A DNA stretch of 64,000 bases, taken from contig JBFLWF010000005.1 in the NCBI GenBank assembly GCA_040758355.1, forward strand, positions 54,907 through 118,906, written 5' to 3'. Below, piece after piece: positions 40,173 to 49,193 of the stretch (position 1 is the stretch's first letter; every line of letters starts with the position of its first letter). The position numbers and the translations under genes are program-made. Source of the stretch: Nitrospirota bacterium (lineage in GTDB: Bacteria > Nitrospirota > Thermodesulfovibrionia > Thermodesulfovibrionales > Dissulfurispiraceae). Under the pieces are notes generated by a model that had not been told where the DNA came from, searched no databases, and was given only the letters and a program-made list of their open reading frames with translations.

Positions 40173-40213
40173 AAGATTAACTAATTGAATTTTAACAAAT
40201 ATGGAGCAGGAAG

Positions 40214-40227
40214 GTCAAAAAAATGAC
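40214..40227. promoter_or_regulatory. GTCA-N6-TGAC palindrome (FleQ-box-like activator site)
   Basis: GTCAAAAAAATGAC; a degenerate second site GTCAAAAAATCAC starts at 40257. Confidence 0.55.
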
Positions 40228-40303
40228 GGATAGATCCCAACTACAGGGAGCTAACCGTCAAAAAATCACATAAATCCTTTTTCTATCACCTATTGCCTAT
40301 ATC

Positions 40304-42049
40304 TTATCTCTTAAGCTGCATTAATTCAGTCAACATATCGTCTGTAGTGGTAATAACCCTCGTATTCGCCTGAAAGCCTCTCTGATACGCAATCATCTTA
40401 ACAAACTCTTCTGCCAGGTCCACACTGGATGTTTCAAGGGAGCTTGCCATGACCCTACCCCTTCCTGATGTATTGGGAGAGCCTATGATCGGGCTGCCTG
40501 AAGCAGCCGATTCGGTGTAAAGGTTTCTTCCCTGTTTCGTAAGCATGGTAGGGGCTATAAACCTTGCTAAATAAATCTCTGCAATCTTCAGTGTCTGTCC
40601 GTTGGTGAATGCTCCGACCATTGTTCCTGTATTGTCGATAGTAAGGCTCTTCAAACTACCCGAGGCATATCCGTCCTGTTGCTGGAATATAACAGACGAA
40701 GCAGAGCCATACTGGGTTGTTGCATCACGTCCGCTCCCACCCGCTGCCGTGCCTATACCAAAATCGAAATCTATGGTCTGGGACTGTGTTACGCCGCCTG
40801 TGAAATCAAAGGCAGCGCCAGGCGTATTTCCATACTGCTGGATATCCCTTACAAGACGCCCATCCGTATCGAATTCGAGATAGCCCTGTGCTCCGATCTG
40901 TATCTGTCCTTGGCTGCTGTCCGCAGACTGTACGACTGCATAGTAGTGCCATCTGTTTCCAGTAGTGGTATCCGTCCCCGAACCGTCAAGATCAACGGAT
41001 TCTGCAGTCTTCCTGAAGTAGGCAGTAATAAGATGGCCATAGCCGAGGGAATCATAGAGGGTAATGGATGTAGAAAAATCGGATGTAGTGGAAGCCTTGA
41101 TTGGATCAAAACCAACCGCAACATAATCGGCTGTGTAGCTCTGATTGCCGGCAGCCGGAATCGAAACGGTAGTAGTATTATTAGATCTATAGCCAATGAT
41201 CTGCTCTGCTGTTGTCCCCGAATCACCCCATAAGAATCTGAAATTAAGGGCACCAGCTGTACCATTGTTAGCCCTTATTCTAAATTTTGCAGGTCTTGCA
41301 TTTTCAGTATCTTTTAAAAAATCAGCATTCCCGTCTTCGTCAGTAACAGTAAAAGTGAATCCGGCGGGTAATCCTGCTGCGCCATTAAGGGCATTCTGGA
41401 CTGCTGTTGCAAGTCCGGGACTATCATAAGTGCCCGTCGTAATAGTGCCAGTATACGTAATTCCTCCAACCTCGAACTTGATAGCCTGATTCGATGTATC
41501 AATAGTGAACGAGTCGGCAGTACCGGTAGCCGGATTTTTGGCACTGGTTGCCGAGTTTAAGTTTGCAGATACTTCAACCTTGGCAGTTGGATTCGGCGGG
41601 CTGTTCAGAGACGCCACATTTATGGTGCTCACCTGTCCTGCCTGGGTTCCTGTGAGCAGCTTCCCCTGCAGTAACAGGCTCTCTGGATTGACTATATTGC
41701 CGTCTTTGTCAAGATTAAACTGCCCTGCCCTTGTGTAGAATTGGGCTCCGGCAGCATCCTGCAGGATAAAAAAACCGTCCCCTTCAATTGCCATATCAAG
41801 GGGATTGGATGAGGTCTCGAGTGTGCCCTGCCCGAATACAGCCTGGACATTCTGAACAAAAGAACCCCTTCCTACCTGGAAGGCGCTGCCGCCCCCCAGC
41901 GAAGAACTCAGGATATCCGCAAAGACCGTCCTGCTGCCCTTAAATCCTACCGTATTCGAATTGGCGATATTGTCACCAACAACGGACAATCCCTGTCCGT
42001 TTGAAGCAAGACCGCTTACACCTGTAAAAAGCGATGTCAACATTCCCAT
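40304..42049 (-). CDS. flgE: Hook protein FlgE, long paralog (581 aa)
   Basis: GDNIANSNTVGFK, YTRAGQF, LETSSVDLAEEFVKMIAYQRGFQAN. Confidence 0.93.
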   Translation of the reverse strand: MGMLTSLFTGVSGLASNGQGLSVVGDNIANSNTVGFKGSRTVFADILSSSLGGGSAFQVGRGSFVQNVQAVFGQGTLETSSNPLDMAIEGDGFFILQDAAGAQFYTRAGQFNLDKDGNIVNPESLLLQGKLLTGTQAGQVSTINVASLNSPPNPTAKVEVSANLNSATSAKNPATGTADSFTIDTSNQAIKFEVGGITYTGTITTGTYDSPGLATAVQNALNGAAGLPAGFTFTVTDEDGNADFLKDTENARPAKFRIRANNGTAGALNFRFLWGDSGTTAEQIIGYRSNNTTTVSIPAAGNQSYTADYVAVGFDPIKASTTSDFSTSITLYDSLGYGHLITAYFRKTAESVDLDGSGTDTTTGNRWHYYAVVQSADSSQGQIQIGAQGYLEFDTDGRLVRDIQQYGNTPGAAFDFTGGVTQSQTIDFDFGIGTAAGGSGRDATTQYGSASSVIFQQQDGYASGSLKSLTIDNTGTMVGAFTNGQTLKIAEIYLARFIAPTMLTKQGRNLYTESAASGSPIIGSPNTSGRGRVMASSLETSSVDLAEEFVKMIAYQRGFQANTRVITTTDDMLTELMQLKR

Positions 42050-42114
42050 GGTAAACCTCCTTTTTGTGAGCTATGCTGTTTTATTGCTCACACTTAAGTT
42101 TTTATTTCTTAAAT

Positions 42115-43434
42115 TTAAATTTCGTCCCATTTCTTCAGCATCTCAAGCGATGTAGATAAAGCCACACTGTTGGCATTATATGCCTTCTGTAACATTATCA
42201 TCGTCACAAACTCTTCTGCCAGATCGACATTACTCATCTCAACAGAATTTGCAGATATCTTTCCACCGCCTCCGGAGCCTGCTGTAACGTCTGTTCTCTG
42301 CCCAGACCAATAAGTTTCCGCAAACAAATTTCTCCCGATCTTGTCAAGCTCTGTTGGTGCTGCAAACTTTGCCAGGGCAAGCTGGGCAACTTTCTTGTCC
42401 CGTCCGTTTGAATAGAGACCATAAAGTATGCCGTCCTTATCCAGTTTAAAGCTTGCGAGACCTCCTTCAGGATAACCATCCACATTCTGGAATACAGTGG
42501 AATACGGAGAGCCGTATTGGGTTGAGCCGGTAAAATCCATAGCAACTGCCTGAGCAGCAGGCGTTGTAGGCGGTGTTAAAATATCGCCATCCCAGTCATC
42601 CGCATCCCATGTCAGGTTAACACTCGAAGGTCCGACCGGACTTGTCATGTCTCCGTTTGTATCAAATGTAAGATTGCTTATTATCTGCTCACGATAATTA
42701 GTAATTGTTTTGCCCGAATTCCATATAGCATGGGCATCCCATGTTGAGCCGACACCGATGGTGGAGCTCGTCTTCTTAAAGTAGATTTGCACAGCATGGG
42801 TGTTGCCCTCGCTGTCATAAACCGTCATTGCAATGCTGTGATTGTATGTGCCTGCCACAGGACCCTTGGTGGGATCCAGAGGATCGAGGAGCGTTCCCGC
42901 CGGATAAACAGTCTCTGTAGGGCTTCCGCTGAGGTTTATCTGAATCTCGGCTGTGGACGTTGTCTGCGCATTCATTATAGGCACACCGTCAGCATTCTTG
43001 GGCAGTATTTCTATATCGCTGAGGGTCTGTGCAATATTGCCTGCATCATCTGCCAGGTATCCCTGAAGTCTCAGTCCATCTGGATTTATTATGATACTGT
43101 CTTTATCAAGAGAAAAGTTCCCTGCCCTTGTATAATATTCTTTGTTAGTGTTGCTGTCTTCTACAATGAAGAAGCCGTCTCCTTCAATTGCAAAATCAAG
43201 GGGATTTCCTGTACCCAAAACAGCGCCCTGCGCAAGCTGTGTTGTGACTGCATGGAAGCGCGATCCTTTGCCTATCTTGTCAAGCTCTGAAGCATACACG
43301 TCACTGAACAACATGCGGCTGCTTTTAAACCCGGTTGTGTTTAAGTTGGCGACATTATTTCCTATTACGGAAAGACCCTCCTCGGTTGCAATAAGGCCGC
43401 TTACGCTTGTAAAGACAGATGATATCATGCCCAT
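42115..43434 (-). CDS. flgE: Hook protein FlgE, second paralog (439 aa)
   Basis: GNNVANLNTTGFK, YTRAGNF, EMSNVDLAEEFVTMIMLQKAYNAN. Confidence 0.9.
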   Translation of the reverse strand: MGMISSVFTSVSGLIATEEGLSVIGNNVANLNTTGFKSSRMLFSDVYASELDKIGKGSRFHAVTTQLAQGAVLGTGNPLDFAIEGDGFFIVEDSNTNKEYYTRAGNFSLDKDSIIINPDGLRLQGYLADDAGNIAQTLSDIEILPKNADGVPIMNAQTTSTAEIQINLSGSPTETVYPAGTLLDPLDPTKGPVAGTYNHSIAMTVYDSEGNTHAVQIYFKKTSSTIGVGSTWDAHAIWNSGKTITNYREQIISNLTFDTNGDMTSPVGPSSVNLTWDADDWDGDILTPPTTPAAQAVAMDFTGSTQYGSPYSTVFQNVDGYPEGGLASFKLDKDGILYGLYSNGRDKKVAQLALAKFAAPTELDKIGRNLFAETYWSGQRTDVTAGSGGGGKISANSVEMSNVDLAEEFVTMIMLQKAYNANSVALSTSLEMLKKWDEI

Positions 43435-43451
43435 TTAAAATCTCCTTTCAC

Positions 43452-43880
43452 TTAAACTGCAGACGGATTCTTTATCTCTTTAATATCGTTAAATGCTATA
43501 TTCTTGCCGTTGACTGAAAGATAAACGCCGCTGTCTTCTATCTTCACGCTTGCCACAACACCTTTTTCACCTTCAATACTTGTTATCTCCTTACCGATCA
43601 TGGTAGATGCAACTGTCGCATTCTGATAGCTCTGCTGCTTCAGAAACTCCTCCAGGTTCTTATTCATATTGCTTACCTGCTCAAGGCTGCTGAATGTTGC
43701 CAGTTGTGCGATAAATTCCTGATCTTTCATTGGATTGAGTGGGTCCTGATTCTTTAACTGGGCTATCAATAAATTCAAAAAATCGTCCTTGCCCAACTCC
43801 TTCTTTACCTTTGCATTCCCCTGGCTGTCAACTGTTTTTGTATACGAAGAGTCGCTTAAAATTGGTGTCATGTATCCCAT
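43452..43880 (-). CDS. flgD: Hook cap protein FlgD
   Basis: LGKDDFLNLLIAQLKNQDPLNPM..FIAQLATFSSLEQ. Confidence 0.95.
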   Translation of the reverse strand: MGYMTPILSDSSYTKTVDSQGNAKVKKELGKDDFLNLLIAQLKNQDPLNPMKDQEFIAQLATFSSLEQVSNMNKNLEEFLKQQSYQNATVASTMIGKEITSIEGEKGVVASVKIEDSGVYLSVNGKNIAFNDIKEIKNPSAV

Positions 43881-43890
43881 ACTTCACCTC

Positions 43891-45189
43891 CTATGCGAAA
43901 TAATCAAAGAACTGAGATTTAGATCCCTTATTCTGTTTGTGTTGTTGCTGATTCGTATCATCCTGCTGCCTTCTGCCGTCAGAATAATAATCCTCTTTCA
44001 CATCCACAAAAAAATCGCTCACCTTAATACCGGAATCCTCCAGAGATGTTTTTATCTGAGGGATTGCCATAGAAAACAGATCCTTAACAACAGGCGAGTC
44101 AACCTTCAGATCAGCCCTCAGCATACCGTTATCCATCCTCAGCTTTATCTGAATGCTTCCTAAGTCAGGCGGCTCGATCTTTATTATCAGGTGTTTATCG
44201 CCTGCCTTTACTGTCTTTTCCATTACCTCGCCAAGCTCATGCAGTCTGCTTACATGTATCGGCTCCTTTACCACGATTGCTGAATCATTTTTAACATAGG
44301 GCGCATTGTAAAGGTGTGATGCTGAGGCAATCATACCTCCATCTCTTTCGTTAACAACAAGATGCGTTTTAGCATCGGAAATGTTAACAGCAGGTTCGAT
44401 TTCTTTTTTATTCAGGATGCTGAAATTAAATTCGAGATCTTTTTTGCTCAGGGTTGTTTTGATATGCATATGCTGATCATTGCCGATATTGCGGATCGTA
44501 GCAGAAGCATTCTCTAACACGCTTGATTGAGATGTCTTATCAGAAGCAGAGTTGGATAAAGGGGACAGTCCCTCTTTTAAAAAGGGACTGTCCCCTTTAT
44601 CCTTTTTAGGAATAATATTCTGAAATTCCTGTCCGTTAACTGTATCTGCCATTGCCTTAATCTGCACAAAAGCGTTCCCATCGGAATTGGCATTGGAATT
44701 AGTATTTGTGTGGACTTTAACCTTCTGCATCCCGTCCTCAGATTTCATAATGAAATTTACCAACGCAGTATTGCCGTTAACATTAACGTGTATCTGCGAA
44801 GTTAGATTATTGGGTACTTCTATTGTTTTTTGATTATCCTGATTTATGGCAATTACAGGCTGGGAGACTCCGATCAACTGCATCTGTGATATCATCTGCT
44901 GCAGAATACCTGAAAGGGCATCTCCTGTAACAACATTGCCGTCATTGCCCACAAACAAACCCTTTGACACGTCATCGACAGTAATCGGCTGGGAATCCTT
45001 GCCTGCAAACAAACCTCCTTCTAAATTCATTACTGTATCGTTAAATCCAGACACTATGGCAGTAAGGATTTTTATAAAACTGTCGGTGTCAAAGCCATTT
45101 TGCCCATTAATATTATTGACCTGAATATTTGAAGCAAAGGGTGTTCCTCCAACTCCATTCATGTTCGGCTGCATGATATTAGTAAACAT
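43891..45189 (-). CDS. fliK: Hook-length control protein FliK
   Basis: Low-complexity N-terminus; C-terminal IKIEPPDLGSIQIKL..LEDSGI; precedes flgD. Confidence 0.88.
   Translation of the reverse strand: MFTNIMQPNMNGVGGTPFASNIQVNNINGQNGFDTDSFIKILTAIVSGFNDTVMNLEGGLFAGKDSQPITVDDVSKGLFVGNDGNVVTGDALSGILQQMISQMQLIGVSQPVIAINQDNQKTIEVPNNLTSQIHVNVNGNTALVNFIMKSEDGMQKVKVHTNTNSNANSDGNAFVQIKAMADTVNGQEFQNIIPKKDKGDSPFLKEGLSPLSNSASDKTSQSSVLENASATIRNIGNDQHMHIKTTLSKKDLEFNFSILNKKEIEPAVNISDAKTHLVVNERDGGMIASASHLYNAPYVKNDSAIVVKEPIHVSRLHELGEVMEKTVKAGDKHLIIKIEPPDLGSIQIKLRMDNGMLRADLKVDSPVVKDLFSMAIPQIKTSLEDSGIKVSDFFVDVKEDYYSDGRRQQDDTNQQQHKQNKGSKSQFFDYFA
44554..44602. repeat. REP-like inverted repeat with perfect 20-bp arms, inside fliK
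   Basis: GGATAAAGGGGACAGTCCCT-cttttaaaa-AGGGACTGTCCCCTTTATCC. Confidence 0.8.
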
Positions 45190-45223
45190 CCATTAACCTC
45201 CATGCGGATTTGAGAAAAGGATA

Positions 45224-45239
45224 AGCAAGAGATATGCCA
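45224..45239 (-). promoter_or_regulatory. Sigma54 promoter of fliK-flgD-flgE-flgE
   Basis: TGGCAT-ATCTC-TTGCT. Confidence 0.85.
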
Positions 45240-45294
45240 ACAGAGCGAATTGATAAAGGCTTTGAAACAGTGCCTGCTTTGCTTGAACAGTGAT

Positions 45295-45327
45295 AGGAAG
45301 TTTTTTCCTACTGGGAAGTTTTTTCCT
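45295..45327. promoter_or_regulatory. Tandem GGAA-N5-TTCC boxes; candidate activator site
   Basis: AGGAAGTTTTTTCCT and GGGAAGTTTTTTCCT. Confidence 0.5.
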
Positions 45328-45802
45328 GCAGAACTTTCCCTTTTATGAGTATCTTCTTTGAGAGGGATGCTGCCTTGTCATTCTCCATTTGAGCAAGTAT
45401 CTTGCCGGCAGTTTTCGGCTTGAGGGAGTTTAATATTATCACCGCTACATCTTCGTCAAGTTTTTCCAGTTTTCTCGCTGCCTCTTCAGGAGGCATTGCT
45501 TCGTACATCTTTGCTACTTTGAGCAGTCCTTCCTGAATCTTAATATCTAAGGCCTTCTGCACTTCTTCTATCTCTTTTTTGAGTTTTTCAAGTCGTTCGA
45601 TTTCTTTCTTAATGTCTGCCTTAAGTATAGTAAGCCTTTCCTCTTCAAGAGATGCTGGCAGAGACCTCTGTTGTGCTGCAGGTTGCTGCGCATATGAACA
45701 GATGGCAGAGGACAGAAGACAGAAAACAGACATTAAAAAAATAAAAAAAATTCTGACTTGTGCCCTATGACCTTTTTTTTCTATGATGTCCTGTAACAGC
45801 AT
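45308..45802 (-). CDS. MotE-family (MgtE N-domain-like) flagellar protein
   Basis: Signal/TM, coiled coil, KMYEAMPPEEAA..LKPKTAGKILAQM; lies between fliJ and fliK. Confidence 0.8.
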   Translation of the reverse strand: MLLQDIIEKKGHRAQVRIFFIFLMSVFCLLSSAICSYAQQPAAQQRSLPASLEEERLTILKADIKKEIERLEKLKKEIEEVQKALDIKIQEGLLKVAKMYEAMPPEEAARKLEKLDEDVAVIILNSLKPKTAGKILAQMENDKAASLSKKILIKGKVLQEKTSQ

Positions 45803-46202
45803 GCTCGTCTGTCCCTATCTGTTCCTTCCTCTTGTGTTCTTTTTTTAAAGCAGACTTATGCCTTTCATCAAGCTTCTCGAATATCTTCTTTTCTTTTGAG
45901 GCCTCAACAAGTGCCTTCCTTGCATCTTCCACCTGTCTTTCCTTTTCAGCGATCGCCTTTTTCTGCTGATGTATCCTTATCAATAAATGTTCCAGATATT
46001 CATTCAGCCTTTTTATCTCGTCGATATTCACCAGCTCATCCGTACACTCCAGCCTTTTGCCGGTAGAACTGTACTGATCCTCCAATTCATGAAGTCGCCT
46101 TTCTTCTGTTGCAAGCTCTTTAAGGAGGATCGCAAACCGGTTCTTTGCTTCGTCCTCCTTCCATATCTTGATATTTAGAAGACTTTCGAGAGGAGTCCTC
46201 AT
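45765..46202 (-). CDS. fliJ: Export protein FliJ
   Basis: Coiled coil ending EKKIFEKL..EQIGTDE; follows fliI. Confidence 0.88.
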   Translation of the reverse strand: MRTPLESLLNIKIWKEDEAKNRFAILLKELATEERRLHELEDQYSSTGKRLECTDELVNIDEIKRLNEYLEHLLIRIHQQKKAIAEKERQVEDARKALVEASKEKKIFEKLDERHKSALKKEHKRKEQIGTDEHAVTGHHRKKRS

Positions 46203-46204
46203 AA

Positions 46205-46279
46205 GCGTTAATGAGTGAATGAGTAAATGAGTGAATGAGTGAAAAATTTAAACCCATATACCCATTTACTCATTAACAC
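46205..46279. repeat. Inverted 8-nt arrays (ATGAGTGA/ATGAGTAA) between fliI and fliJ
   Basis: gcgttaatgagtgaatgagta...tacccatttactcattaacac. Confidence 0.8.
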
Positions 46280-46292
46280 ATTTACCTTTTCG

Positions 46293-47621
46293 CTACTCGA
46301 ATAATCTATACAATTCATTCAACCCTTCCTCAAAGGAGACCTTGTCTGTTATGTCCTGCTTCAGGAATGCCCTTAGTTTGTCCATCATCTTTATTGCGTA
46401 GTCAAGTTTCGGGTTGGTTCCCTCTTTGTAAGCGCCTATGGTAATTACATCCTCGTACCTCTTATAAATAGCCATTATGTCCAGAGCCTTTTCCACATGC
46501 ATCTTATGCCTGTCGTCTGTTATATCCTTCATCAGCCTGCTTATGCTCTGCAATACGTCTATGGCAGGATACTGGTTGTGGTTCGCCAGTTCCCTCGAAA
46601 GTACTATATGGCCGTCAAGAATTGATCTGGCTGCATCGGCAATAGGCTCGTTCATATCATCCCCTTCCACAAGAACCGTATAAAGTCCTGTGATTGTCCC
46701 TGAGCCATCGCATGTGCCTGCCCTTTCAAGAAGCTTTGGAAGAAGATTGAATACCGACGGCGGATAGCCCTTTGTCGTCGGCGGCTCGCCTGCTGCAAGT
46801 CCTATCTCTCTCTGTGCCATGGCAAACCTTGTTAGAGAATCCATCATAAAAAGCACGCTTTTTCCGTGAGACCTGAAGTATTCGGCAATGGCAGTGGCAA
46901 CAAATGCCCCTCTTATTCTTATCAGCGGCGATGTATCCGACGTGGCAACGACAATTACAGACCTCTTAAGTCCTTCGTCACCAAGATCTTTTTCTATAAA
47001 CTCCCGTACCTCTCTGCCCCTTTCACCGATCAGGGCTATGACATTGACATCTGCGGTTGTATTCCTTGCCATCATGCCGAGGAGGACGCTCTTTCCAACG
47101 CCGCTTCCTGCCATTATGCCGATCCTCTGCCCCTTGCCGCAAGTGAGCATGGTGTTTATAGCCTTTATACCGAGGTCGAGGGGTTCTGAAATTCTGCGCC
47201 TGTGCAATGGATTGATAGGCTCGTTGTAAATGGGATAAAGCTGCCCTGTCATGCGTCCTTTCCCATCGATAGGGTTTCCGAGACCATCGAGGACTCTGCC
47301 CAGAAGCTCCTCGCTGACCCTTGCATATCTCTGCCTTCCCCGTGCTATTATTCTGGAGCCTGGACCAATACCCCTGATGTCGCCGAGGGGCATCAGAAGT
47401 ATCTTGTCCTCTTTAAATCCGATAACTTCGGCCTCTATTAACTGTCCCTCCGAAAGACCGTTTGGCTGTATCTGGCATACGTCGCCGATATTAGCCCGTG
47501 GCCCCAAACCCTCGATAACAAGGCCTACGCCTTTGTTTACCCTCCCATAGACTTTAATAGGGTCTGTTTCCCTTACAAAGTCCTTACATTTCTCTATCAG
47601 TTGCTGTGTTGATGGCATCAT
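46293..47621 (-). CDS. fliI: Flagellar export ATPase FliI
   Basis: AGSGVGKS, GERGREV, MDSLTRFAMAQREI. Confidence 0.97.
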   Translation of the reverse strand: MMPSTQQLIEKCKDFVRETDPIKVYGRVNKGVGLVIEGLGPRANIGDVCQIQPNGLSEGQLIEAEVIGFKEDKILLMPLGDIRGIGPGSRIIARGRQRYARVSEELLGRVLDGLGNPIDGKGRMTGQLYPIYNEPINPLHRRRISEPLDLGIKAINTMLTCGKGQRIGIMAGSGVGKSVLLGMMARNTTADVNVIALIGERGREVREFIEKDLGDEGLKRSVIVVATSDTSPLIRIRGAFVATAIAEYFRSHGKSVLFMMDSLTRFAMAQREIGLAAGEPPTTKGYPPSVFNLLPKLLERAGTCDGSGTITGLYTVLVEGDDMNEPIADAARSILDGHIVLSRELANHNQYPAIDVLQSISRLMKDITDDRHKMHVEKALDIMAIYKRYEDVITIGAYKEGTNPKLDYAIKMMDKLRAFLKQDITDKVSFEEGLNELYRLFE

Positions 47622-48231
47622 GGATTTCCTTCATCTGCTCCTCGATCCTCGAATCTATCTCTCCGGTATGCATCTCTATGTAACAACCGCCTGGAGATAT
47701 GGTGGATTGAGGCTCAACAGAAATATTCTTTAAGCCTGACTGTTCCTTTAACAGATTGATATTTGCAACTATCACCTCGTAATCCAGAGGATTCACTTTT
47801 ATCACTATGCTCTCTTCGCTTTCTTCTACCTTCTTTATTGCATCCTGGGCAATATACATTACTATGTTCTTATCCAGCTCCACTTCTTTATGTATGACCC
47901 TTTTTGCAATTTCCAGAGAGAGATCTATAATCCGGGGCAGCAGTTCATTGGTTTTTTTTTCCTTATAACCCTCCAGTTCCTTAATAATCCCCTCAAGGCG
48001 TTTGAGCTTTAATGCGGTCTCCTTTTCGCCATCCTTTACCCCTTTATCGTAACCCGCAGCATAGCCTTTTTCGTAACCTTCGTTCTCGGATGCCTTTACC
48101 CGTGCATGGATATCCTCTTCTTTTATCCCCTTCTTATGTGCTTCTTTAAGCGAGGCGTCTTCTTCAAACTGTACGGGGCTGTAAGGCTGGACAGAATCAA
48201 GTGCGTTATTAGACGATGACTTCTTCTCCAC
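47584..48231 (-). CDS. fliH: Assembly protein FliH
   Basis: GxxxG repeats (GYEKGYAAGYDKG); IKVNPLD..GGCYI..GEID. Confidence 0.9.
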   Translation of the reverse strand: MEKKSSSNNALDSVQPYSPVQFEEDASLKEAHKKGIKEEDIHARVKASENEGYEKGYAAGYDKGVKDGEKETALKLKRLEGIIKELEGYKEKKTNELLPRIIDLSLEIAKRVIHKEVELDKNIVMYIAQDAIKKVEESEESIVIKVNPLDYEVIVANINLLKEQSGLKNISVEPQSTISPGGCYIEMHTGEIDSRIEEQMKEIHDAINTATDREM

Positions 48232-49189
48232 CCTTGCCCCCGATAACTATCTTTCCCTCTTCTTCCAGTCTCCTTGCCACCCTCACGATATTCATCTGGG
48301 CCTTCTCAACATCCGAGACCCTGACCGCACCCTTTGCCTCCATTTCTTCCTTCAGTATCTGTACTGCCCTCTGTGACATATTCTTGAATATCTTTGCCTT
48401 TAACTCATCGGATGCCATCTTTAAGGCAAGTGCAAGGTCATCGGTGGTTATCTCCTTCAGCACCATCTGTATGCCCCTGTCATCGATATGGATGAGGTCG
48501 TCAAATGTGAACATGAGCTTTCTTATCTCGTCAGCGAGTATCTGGTCTTTTTCTTCTATGTTCTTTAAAATTAGATCTTCCGAGGCCCTGTCCATCTGGT
48601 TCATTATTTCTGCCACTGTCCTGATGCCGCCGATCTTCCTGCCTCTTGTGTAGCTCTGTAGCTGCGATTGAAGGACGTCTTCCAGCTCTCCGAGTATGGC
48701 AGGGGAAATCTGGTCAAGGCTTGCAATCCTCAGAGAGACGTCTATCTTTATGTGTTCCGGGAGCTTTGCAAGGACCTCGGCAGCCTGCGTTGGCTCAAGG
48801 TGTGCGAGGACAATGGCGATGGTCTGAGGATGTTCCCTCGTAAGCATATTGGCTACGGCGCTCGAATCAAGCCATCTCAGTATATCAAAGGCGCTGGCGC
48901 CGCTCTCGATCTTCTCCATCAATTTTTTTGCCTGATCTTCTCCAAATGCCTTTGTGAGTATTTTCTTAATATAATCTTCATCCACTGAAAGCATGGCGGT
49001 TTCAGCCTTGTCATAAAAATCCTTCACAACTGATTTAGCCTCATCAGGAGAGAGTTTTACCTTTGCCATCATGGGGACAATCCTTGCCAGTTCAAGGGGA
49101 TCGAGATGTTTGAAAATCTGTGTGGCCGCATCTTCTCCCACTATGGAAAGAAGTGCGGCAACCTTCTCCACACCGCTCAGTTTTCTCAT
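48209..49189 (-). CDS. fliG: Motor switch protein FliG
   Basis: EHPQTIA, MFTFDDL, NMSQRA. Confidence 0.97.
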   Translation of the reverse strand: MRKLSGVEKVAALLSIVGEDAATQIFKHLDPLELARIVPMMAKVKLSPDEAKSVVKDFYDKAETAMLSVDEDYIKKILTKAFGEDQAKKLMEKIESGASAFDILRWLDSSAVANMLTREHPQTIAIVLAHLEPTQAAEVLAKLPEHIKIDVSLRIASLDQISPAILGELEDVLQSQLQSYTRGRKIGGIRTVAEIMNQMDRASEDLILKNIEEKDQILADEIRKLMFTFDDLIHIDDRGIQMVLKEITTDDLALALKMASDELKAKIFKNMSQRAVQILKEEMEAKGAVRVSDVEKAQMNIVRVARRLEEEGKIVIGGKGGEEVIV

Positions 49190-49193
49190 TGTG

